Source of the DNA: Chrysochromulina tobinii
Taxonomy: Eukaryota
DNA: 55,134 bases
NCBI GenBank assembly: GCA_001275005.1
Contig: JWZX01003349.1
Location: forward strand, 1-55,134
Reading direction: 5' to 3'
The translations under genes and the position numbers were made by a program. The notes beneath the pieces were generated by a model. It worked only from the letters and a program-made list of their open reading frames with translations. It searched no databases and had not been told where the DNA came from. Within the stretch, counting starts at the first letter, position 1. Each line of letters begins with the position of its first letter. Positions 40,817 to 48,745 of the stretch are shown here, piece after piece.

Positions 40817-42772
40817 ATGGACTCCTCCATTCCTCTCTCCGGCCGAGCCACGCGCCTCTGCATTGCCGGCACGAATCTGTGCATCATATACGAGGGCGGC
40901 GAGGCCGAAGTGCACGACCTGAGCCTAGCAGCACTGCCTCCGCAGCGCCTGTCGGGAGTGCACGCTGCTGCGTTTGTGTTGCCAGCTGTGGCAGGAGATG
41001 AGCAGCCAGTCTTGTGCGCCACACTGGGGACGGAGCCGTCGCGGCCTCTGCTACGACTTCACGATGTAGCCAGCAGTGCAGAGGTTGCTCAGCTTCGAGC
41101 GCCCGCGACGGTGGGCATGGCCCCGTATCAGCTGGCCAGCACTAGTGCGACCCTTTGCGTCGTGGGTGCTGTCTTTGGCACAGCGGCCATTTTCGAAGTG
41201 CGCATCGACGCGAGTGGCGCTACGAGCGTGGCGCTGATCGCGAGCGCCATTGCAGGTAGCGCTCGCGCCCGAAGCGGCGGGTACACGAGCGCCCTTCTCA
41301 CGTCGAGCCATTTGCTTCTCGGGCATAAGGACGGGAGCGTGCTCACATGCTCGTTTGGGCGACAGGACGATGTATCAGACGACGCTGCCGCCGCCGCCGC
41401 CGCCGCCGCCGCCGCTGCCGACTCTGGAGACGCCAGCGAAAGCGACCGCTCGCCTGTGGACGCCATGCTGCTCGCCCCGACGCCGCCCGAGCTCTCGCCG
41501 CCTGCGACTCCGCCGCCATCGCCGCCGTCCCCGCCGTCGCCACCGGCGCCGCCGCAGCGCGTTGACGGTGACAAGGAGGAAGACGGCATGGACGGCGACG
41601 AAAGGGAGTCGATCTTGGCGGGGTCCATAGACGCGGCCCTCGATGGCGAGCTGGACAACGGCGAAGAGGTGGCGAAACATGGGGATTTAACTGCCACCGA
41701 CGAGGGTGAGGGTCTGGGCGGCGACGACCCCAGCGGCAGCCCGGATTGCGAAGTCAGCTGGCTCCAGCCGACGCGGGTTCTGAGCGGGCTCCGCTGCATG
41801 GCCTTCGCAGCAGTGGGCACCCCCTCAGAGCCGGATGCCGTCGCGATCGTCGCGTTGCACCTGCTGCGCCGCCGCTGTGAGCCCCTCACCGCGGGCCGCC
41901 GTGCTGCCGCTGCCGCCCACGCCATGCAGGCTGCCATCAAGGCTTCCGAGGGAGCGTCGCTCGCGACCGACGTGCTGGCAGTCGACGCTGCGGGGCGCTT
42001 GAGCGTGCTCACGCTCGGTGGCCGATCGTCACGCGCGCAGCTTCACGCGATGCCCCTTCACGCGCCGGTCTTCGCGTCTGTGGTATGCGTGCCGACATTG
42101 CGTCCAATCGGATCCCACAGCGCCGGAGCCGAGGCGTTGCTCGTCCTCGACGCACCCCGGCACACGCTCGTGCGACTGCCGCTCGGCCCGGCCTATGCCG
42201 CGCTCGACACCGCGCCGGACTGTGGGGAAGTCACCGCCGCAGGAGCAGCATTTGTCGAGCCTGCATCCTTGGCCCGACGCCCGCCGTCCCAAAGCCACGC
42301 TGCGTCCGTCACGGCGCCTGCGCCGTCTAGGGCACCCCACGCACCGACGACCGCCGCGCTACCCGACGGCGTGCATCTCGAGCCCGACTTGAGTGCGCTC
42401 CTTCGATCGGGGGCGAGCGCGGCGGCCTGGGTTGACAGCGGCCCAGCAATTGAGTGTCTGCTCTTGGCGGACGGTGATGAGCTTCATGTGGTCCACCTGG
42501 CAGCGCCACCGCTGCCGGCGCCACCACGACCGCCGCCATCGGCGACCCCACACGCCTCAACAGCCTCTGTGGGAGCGACCGTGGTCAATGGGCCGAAGGC
42601 GCCTTCGAGCTCGGGGGCGGGCGATCCGTCAGCCGCCGCCAGTCGCGGCGGCGGTGCAGTAGCAGCGCCCAGGTGGGCACCCAGCCCTGCGGCGGCGGCC
42701 GCCGCCGCAGCCGCCGCCGCCGGTGGGCCACGCCTTGGAGTCGCCCCGCGCCCCTCGCCACGGAAAGTCTAG
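40817..42772 (+). CDS. Hypothetical protein with degenerate beta-propeller-like N-terminal segments and Pro/Ala-rich regions
   Basis: ORF of about 650 aa; LLLGHKDGSVLTC resembles a WD40 blade. Confidence 0.55.
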   Translation: MDSSIPLSGRATRLCIAGTNLCIIYEGGEAEVHDLSLAALPPQRLSGVHAAAFVLPAVAGDEQPVLCATLGTEPSRPLLRLHDVASSAEVAQLRAPATVGMAPYQLASTSATLCVVGAVFGTAAIFEVRIDASGATSVALIASAIAGSARARSGGYTSALLTSSHLLLGHKDGSVLTCSFGRQDDVSDDAAAAAAAAAAAADSGDASESDRSPVDAMLLAPTPPELSPPATPPPSPPSPPSPPAPPQRVDGDKEEDGMDGDERESILAGSIDAALDGELDNGEEVAKHGDLTATDEGEGLGGDDPSGSPDCEVSWLQPTRVLSGLRCMAFAAVGTPSEPDAVAIVALHLLRRRCEPLTAGRRAAAAAHAMQAAIKASEGASLATDVLAVDAAGRLSVLTLGGRSSRAQLHAMPLHAPVFASVVCVPTLRPIGSHSAGAEALLVLDAPRHTLVRLPLGPAYAALDTAPDCGEVTAAGAAFVEPASLARRPPSQSHAASVTAPAPSRAPHAPTTAALPDGVHLEPDLSALLRSGASAAAWVDSGPAIECLLLADGDELHVVHLAAPPLPAPPRPPPSATPHASTASVGATVVNGPKAPSSSGAGDPSAAASRGGGAVAAPRWAPSPAAAAAAAAAAAGGPRLGVAPRPSPRKV

Positions 42773-43735
42773 TGAGAGTGGGGCGGGAGACAGTGAATCC
42801 CCGAATCGGCAGAACCGAGAGCCTGCGGGGAGCGTGACGGTCGCCTCGACGGTCGCCGGCAGCGGAGAGCGGTGACGCCGCGACGGCGAGTAAGAAGGCG
42901 AGAACGACTCGCACGAACTACGTCCGCCGTCGGTCCCGTACGGACCACGGTCGCGTACTAATTCCGGCTGTGCAGCAGCGCGTGTAGCTAAGAAGGAAGT
43001 TGATCGACCCGGTATCCGTCGAGTATCACCCGCGGCCGCGCGTCCGCCCGCCCCGGCCCGATCCCGGATCGCCGATCGCTCATCCTGAGGATCGGATCCT
43101 GATGCCGTTAACGGATCCGTGGGCGTGGCCGGACGCGACGCCCGACGCGTCGCCGGACCCGGGCCCGCACACAAGCACACGCACGCGGGAATCGCGAGCG
43201 CGTATCCGCGTAACGCGGTAACGCCTAAACGCCTAACCGGCCCGCGGCCCGGCGGTCGAGCCCGCGCGGCCGCCGCCCCGGGCTCCGTCGGCTCTCGACG
43301 AGCCCGGATGCCGGAACGACGCGACCATGCTTCACGTTTACGGCTTCATGCACACCATCGCGCCGCGCATCCCGAGCGTGGACTTGCGCGGGCCGGGGCC
43401 TTTGTTTTCCGTGTTAAGTAAACCGAATTCGTACTAACTAGTCCCGGGCGGGGCACCGGGCCCAGCGCCCACTCCCCGCAGCTGTCATCCCGGCACGCGC
43501 AAGTCCCGATCGCGCCGCGTAACGTGAAACCGAGGAAAACCCATACCGACTACAGCTAACCCGCGGTGTGCAGACGCTCGCCACACCCGACTGTAGCTGC
43601 GTAGGTACAAACCGGGGCCTCGGGCGTGGTCATCGGGCGCGGGTTCATCATCTTTTGTCGCGTGCTGCGGGCAAACTCGAACTTCTCCCTCCTGAGGGGT
43701 CGGATGCGCTCGCGCGCCATGGCCCCAGCCGCTCT

Positions 43736-44572
43736 CTAGCGCAGGCTCGCAAGGTAATCCGCCTCGGCTGTGCGGCCGTGATGCGCGGCGAAACATTGTG
43801 GATGCCACGGCAGCAGTCGAGAGTCACGGGCCGTCGGAGGCAAGAGGTCTGCTGCTGCTGCCACAGAGGGCGCGAAGACGGCATCGCACCCGTGGCACCG
43901 GCTCTCAAACAGGTTGTGTAAGCTGCTGAGCCACTCGAGGAGTGCTCGTAAGCGACGGCCTGGTGGCAGCTCCTCGAGGGCGGCAAGGACCGTTGCCGCC
44001 CGTACGCTGATGTCGTGAAAGAGGAGGAGCATCGGCGGCTGCAGTGAGCCTGCCGGCATTGCATGGCTTGATGGGCCGACAGCAACGCGCCACGGCACCC
44101 AAGCGCTGCCGATAGCGGCGACGGCGACAATCGATCGAAAAGCGCCCTCGATGACCAGATCGATTTCCGTGACGTCTCGAAGGCCGCCATCCCGCACGGT
44201 CAGTAGAGCTGGAGATAATACCTGCCGCTCTGCCAGCCACTGCAGCATGCATGACTCAGCCTCAGTCTGCAGCGTATCAACGTCCAAGCTCAAACGACAT
44301 TTCGTGCAATCGACTGTCGCAACAGGTAGCAAACCATGCTCTTGCCAGCTATGCACAATACCTTCGACCGGATCGGACGGCAGAAGTGGACGGGCATTGT
44401 CATCGAGCGCACTGCAGGCTGCTTGCACGGCCTCGAGGGCTGAGGCTAGCCGCAGATGACGGCCATTGTCTGAATGGGCACAGGCCGCACATACTGTCTG
44501 CGCACGCGCCGCGCTACGCACGAGGGCGACTGCCTCTGCCGCGTCCGAGGCGTGGTGTGCAGCTATCGGCAT
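43736..44572 (-). CDS. MED27: Mediator complex subunit 27
   Basis: C-terminal LLEWLSSLHNLFESRCHGC...LLPPTARD...WHPQC matches the MED27 zinc-binding tail (WLxSYxxLFxxxCxxC...LPPTxRD...HxxC). Confidence 0.75.
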   Translation of the reverse strand: MPIAAHHASDAAEAVALVRSAARAQTVCAACAHSDNGRHLRLASALEAVQAACSALDDNARPLLPSDPVEGIVHSWQEHGLLPVATVDCTKCRLSLDVDTLQTEAESCMLQWLAERQVLSPALLTVRDGGLRDVTEIDLVIEGAFRSIVAVAAIGSAWVPWRVAVGPSSHAMPAGSLQPPMLLLFHDISVRAATVLAALEELPPGRRLRALLEWLSSLHNLFESRCHGCDAVFAPSVAAAADLLPPTARDSRLLPWHPQCFAAHHGRTAEADYLASLR

Positions 44573-44760
44573 CCGAGGCGTGGTGTGCAGCTGCGACGAT
44601 CGGCATCTTTCTCGAAACCCAAGTCAAGTCAAGTCAAACCCAAAGCGCCGTACCGGCGTGCCGGGTGTTTCTGAACATCGAGGTCTCAGGTATGGTCGCC
44701 CCGCGGGGCTATTTTGTAACTGCATGCAAGATGTCCTTTTTAGCGTGACCCACCGAGATC

Positions 44761-45612
44761 TCAGCTACCTGGTCGCTGGCGTCGCTTCGCGGCTTGTAGA
44801 GCTTCTCGGATGCGTGCCGCCTGGTCGTCCGAGATGCCTTCGATGGGTCTCGACACAGGCTGGTTCGCGTCCTCTGGCTCATCTTCGTCATAATCGAGCA
44901 GTGTCGCTGCTTGCGCGGCTGCCGAGACACCGGCACCGCCAGTCACGAGGTTTCTGACGGGTGTGCCACGCTTGGCCATGTATTGTTCCAGAGTCTTGAA
45001 GTCGTCCTCTATCCAGTTAAGGTGATCTGCGATGAGGTGCGTCGAGTTGCATCCTGGGCAGTTGACGATGACGGTGCCCTTCGTGTACGCGTGCCGGCTG
45101 ATGCTGTGAGCGTTGGGTGTCTCACAGACGTTGCACGTAAAGCGCAGCTGGAAGCGGTCTTGCTTAGCTTTAGGCTTTTGGGGCGATGCCTGGATGATGG
45201 CAGCCGCGCGCAGAGGATCTAGCGCGTCAATCTCAGCCTCTGAGTAGCCGAGCGTGATGAGCCTCTCCCGCACGCGCTGTGAGATAGTGAACAGCACCGC
45301 CGCCGAGTTGCCCCCGACTGCAGCTGCCATGGAGCGAGCCTGTGCCTCAATCCCCGAAGAAGGCTCATCGGGATCTCCGTTACCTTCGGATGGGAGCGGC
45401 ACCATCATCAACGGCTGCAGCTGGCGTCTGGATGGTCGAAGCGGCAGCTGACTCGGAAAATGTGCTGCCGAGCGGTGCGCCAGCGGCATGTAGGCGCTCG
45501 TGGTGGCAAGGAGCATGGTGGCGCTGACCCTAGCGATGAAGACCTTCGAAACCCGCGTCGTCGGGGGCGATACGCTGGAGCCATATGAGGCGACTGTCCC
45601 TCTTGCTTTCAT
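44761..45612 (-). CDS. zf-DNL Hsp70-escort protein (Hep/Zim17 family), probably organellar; start 45612 or 45516
   Basis: FTCNVCET...ISRHAYTKGTVIVNCPGCNSTHLIADHLNW; leader MLLATTSAY...PLRPSRR. Confidence 0.9.
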   Translation of the reverse strand: MKARGTVASYGSSVSPPTTRVSKVFIARVSATMLLATTSAYMPLAHRSAAHFPSQLPLRPSRRQLQPLMMVPLPSEGNGDPDEPSSGIEAQARSMAAAVGGNSAAVLFTISQRVRERLITLGYSEAEIDALDPLRAAAIIQASPQKPKAKQDRFQLRFTCNVCETPNAHSISRHAYTKGTVIVNCPGCNSTHLIADHLNWIEDDFKTLEQYMAKRGTPVRNLVTGGAGVSAAAQAATLLDYDEDEPEDANQPVSRPIEGISDDQAARIREALQAAKRRQRPGS

Positions 45613-45954
45613 AAGTGCGAGGGCTGCTCCAAGCTCATCACGCACCCATTGGCTGTGATCACAAATGCGCACACTCTCCGGACCCCCCAGCACGTGGGCC
45701 TCTATCGCAATGGACGGAGGTGTGGCCGACGGGGCCGTCTACGACAACACAACGTAACATGTCCACATCATTGTACTTTTACTACATGTATTCGGTGGTA
45801 GATATGGCACTGATATGGCGAGGCAACCACCTCACCACCCCTTCTCAGGGATATAACAGGCTGCTTGTGTAGTTTGATGAACCGCAATCACCACCTACGC
45901 GACCAAGTTTACTTCACGGTCACACCACTTCTTGTATGTGTCTCATAGTGTCAC

Positions 45955-47376
45955 ATGCGGACGGCTCATAGGGGACGTCGGAAGCACGACATCGTTCTCT
46001 ATGGCGCGAGCGGCTTCACAGGCCGTCTGGTTGCGCGCTACCTAGCGAAGAACGGTGGTAGCGGTCTTCGGATCGCACTCGCTGGGCGCAAAACTGATCG
46101 GCTTCGTTTGGTCCGTGACGAGGCCGCAGCGGCTTCGGGCTCTGGGTCGTGGGATCCGCCGCTGGTTGCATGCAGTTCGGATGATCATGAGGGATTGCTG
46201 GCGCTGGCAGCGAGCACGAGCGTCGTCATATCCACCGCTGGGCCGTTTTCGCAGTGCGGTACGCCGCTCGTTGGCGCTTGCGCCGCCTCGGCCACCGACT
46301 ATGTTGACATCAATGGTGAGACCCCATGGGTCCGTAGCCTCATCGATCGCTTCGACGGCATGGCAGCTGAAAACGGCGCGCGCATCGTCCCCAACTGTGG
46401 GTACACGGTGCCCTCTGACCTCGCCGCGCACCACGCTGCGCAGCTCCTCGCCGAGCGCCATGGCCTCCCCGCGAGCCGCGTACACTCGCTCGTTCAGTTC
46501 AACGGCCGGCTGAGTGGCGGCACGCTTTTGACCGGGATTCTGCTCGACGAGGCGAGTGCATCCGTGCAGGCCGCGCGTCGCGACCCCTTCCTGCTCGGCG
46601 GCTCGCCCGTCGGCGGGGCAAGGCCAGAGGATGCCGACCAGACGGCAGCCGAGTACGACGCATCGCTCGGCGTGTGGACGGCTCCTTTCTGGATGGCGGC
46701 CATTAGCTCTCGCATCGTGCGCCGCTCGAGCGCGCTCTTCCGAGAGGCAGCTTCGAGCACCGGCACCGGGGCACGCAGCAGCGCGGCCAAAGGTGCTGCC
46801 CCGCGATGCAATTATGCCGACGACTTTCACTTCCGCGAGAGCGCCCTTGCCAAAGATGAGAGCGTTGCGCGCAACCTTGCGATGCCCACGCCGCCCCCCG
46901 AGACCCGCCAGCGGCTGATCGAACGTGGCAAGCTGCCCACACCTGGCCAGGGTCCTTCTGCGGAGGTGCGTGAACGCTCATGGTTCCGTAACTTTGTAGT
47001 GTGCGAGGCAGCACACGTGGGCGAGCGCAGCGGTGGCAGTGGCGGCGGCAGTGGAGGCGGCGGCTGGACCGGTGCGCCGCTAGTGCTCACTTCAGTACGT
47101 GGCGGCGATCCCGGCTATGAAGAGACAAGCAAGATGGTCGCCGAGGCGGCGCTGCTCCTGACGCGCTGGCGTGACGCGCCGCCCGATACCCCACGCCATG
47201 CCCTTCGCATGGGTGGCCGTGTGGGGGGCGTGTTGACGCCTGCCTTCGCTTTTGGCGAGGGTCTGCGCACGGTGTTGCACGAGCGTGGCATCGAATTCAT
47301 CGAGCACGTACTTCCGGAGGGCTCCACGGTCGGCGATGAGTTGCGCCGTTTGGCGGCCGAGCGTGTCAAAGGGTAG
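45955..47376 (+). CDS. Saccharopine-dehydrogenase-like oxidoreductase (SCCPDH / trans-acting enoyl reductase family)
   Basis: DIVLYGASGFTG, IALAGR, TAGPF, DYVDINGE, GGDPGYEETSKMVAEAAL, GGVLTPAFAFG. Confidence 0.92.
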   Translation: MRTAHRGRRKHDIVLYGASGFTGRLVARYLAKNGGSGLRIALAGRKTDRLRLVRDEAAAASGSGSWDPPLVACSSDDHEGLLALAASTSVVISTAGPFSQCGTPLVGACAASATDYVDINGETPWVRSLIDRFDGMAAENGARIVPNCGYTVPSDLAAHHAAQLLAERHGLPASRVHSLVQFNGRLSGGTLLTGILLDEASASVQAARRDPFLLGGSPVGGARPEDADQTAAEYDASLGVWTAPFWMAAISSRIVRRSSALFREAASSTGTGARSSAAKGAAPRCNYADDFHFRESALAKDESVARNLAMPTPPPETRQRLIERGKLPTPGQGPSAEVRERSWFRNFVVCEAAHVGERSGGSGGGSGGGGWTGAPLVLTSVRGGDPGYEETSKMVAEAALLLTRWRDAPPDTPRHALRMGGRVGGVLTPAFAFGEGLRTVLHERGIEFIEHVLPEGSTVGDELRRLAAERVKG

Positions 47377-47634
47377 CAGACGCTTACGAACCGATGCTTT
47401 ACTACGAGATCGCTACGCTGCATGTACGAGGGCAGTGACCAGTGCAAGTGACCAGGCACCTGGGCCTTCGACGTTCTTGAAAACCACACACGGGAAGTCT
47501 CTCGTCAACGACACGCTGCACGTGGCGATGCGGTCCCAGGTTTCGCGTTCACGATCTGCTAGTAATGAAGTCCTGTGATTGCGTACCGGTACATGTATGT
47601 AATCATCTCGCGCCTTGAGAAGATTGCGCTGCGA

Positions 47635-48537
47635 ATGTTTCTACGCAGCTGCGTCGTTCTCCTTTGCGTCGCGCTCACGGCGGGACTGCGTACATGCCCG
47701 CGCGCGTCGCCAGCGCTCCACTGTACCCGCTACCTCTGCGGTCGCAGCAGCAGGTGGCCATGCATGGCGGACGGCGACGACGATGTGGCAGAGTGGCAGG
47801 CTGAGGCGTGGGAGGACAGCGGTGCGGATGGCGTGGAGAACGAGGATGCGTGGGACTCAAGCAGTGACACGGCCGCCGGAGATGGCGCCTGGGCTGGCAG
47901 TAGCTGGGCGGAGGAGGGGCAGGCTATGAGTGGCGATGATGCTCCAGCAGCAGACTGGCTCTCGGCGGCCGCCCCGGAGCCTGCGAAACGAACAAAGCCC
48001 ATCGAGACTATCAAGGTGGGCCTTGTGCAGACGCCGTACAAGCGCCGCAACGGTTATCACGTCGAGGTTGCCGTGCAGCACGCTCATAGGGAAGAGTCTA
48101 TCCACAGGCTGTGGTTCGGCTTCGAGGTGCTGGACGATGTGGCCAAGCTGCGTGGCGGCGACCGTTTCGACGTCAACGTCGAGCAGTTTGGCGAGACCGT
48201 CGTCACCTTTCTGCAGCAGCGCGGCGTCGATCTTGCCGACGACGACTGGGGCATGCAAGACGACTCGATCCCCTTTTCCACTCAGCATCTGCCCATGCGC
48301 ACGCTCTTCGAGTACTACCCCGACTTGCCGGAGGCACTTGCCGAGGCCTGCCTGGCAACTCTGCGCCCAAAGCCGGAGGACGCCCCGCGGCCCATGTCGG
48401 GCGCCGACTTTGATGTCCCCATCGTGCTCGATCGACCCTTCATCGACCTCGGCGAACAGCTGCGGAGCTCGCGCGATGCGCTCCAGGCGGCCGTGGACCG
48501 TGGCTTCATCGGCGTTAAAGAGAAGAAGGGCAAGTAG
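47635..48537 (+). CDS. Hypothetical protein with signal peptide plus transit-like leader (probably plastid)
   Basis: MFLRSCVVLLCVALTAGL followed by an Arg/Ser-rich segment, then an acidic Trp-rich region. Confidence 0.65.
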   Translation: MFLRSCVVLLCVALTAGLRTCPRASPALHCTRYLCGRSSRWPCMADGDDDVAEWQAEAWEDSGADGVENEDAWDSSSDTAAGDGAWAGSSWAEEGQAMSGDDAPAADWLSAAAPEPAKRTKPIETIKVGLVQTPYKRRNGYHVEVAVQHAHREESIHRLWFGFEVLDDVAKLRGGDRFDVNVEQFGETVVTFLQQRGVDLADDDWGMQDDSIPFSTQHLPMRTLFEYYPDLPEALAEACLATLRPKPEDAPRPMSGADFDVPIVLDRPFIDLGEQLRSSRDALQAAVDRGFIGVKEKKGK

Positions 48538-48745
48538 CCGAAGACACACACTGTCAGACACAGACGGTGGTGCAGACGCCCTGCACTAAAGGGGGGGGGG
48601 GGTTACGTACAAGTTTTTCTCCGCCTCGAAGGCGTAACTTACTTCCGTCAAGGTTTTCTCATGCGACCCACTGGCAGCGTCACGCGCCCGCATAGTTTTG
48701 TTCACCGTGATCGCCGCAAGGCCTGCACCAGTCTGATAATCGAGT

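Noticed and set aside
42585..42914. Minus-strand ORF with a signal-peptide-like start (VRVVLAFLLAVAAS)
   Set aside because: GTG start in a eukaryote, overlaps the plus-strand gene, and the remainder is low-complexity
43496..43625. RNase MRP/P-like pair AAGTCCCG ... ACAAACCGGGGC
   Set aside because: The CR-I motif GAAAGUC is not matched, there is no GARAR hairpin or P1-P3 frame, and the 5' part is better explained by the inverted repeat
25681..44572. Functional cluster of RNA-processing and transcription genes (NSRP1, PUF, EFTUD2, MED27)
   Set aside because: Interspersed with unrelated genes; such categories are common enough to co-occur by chance
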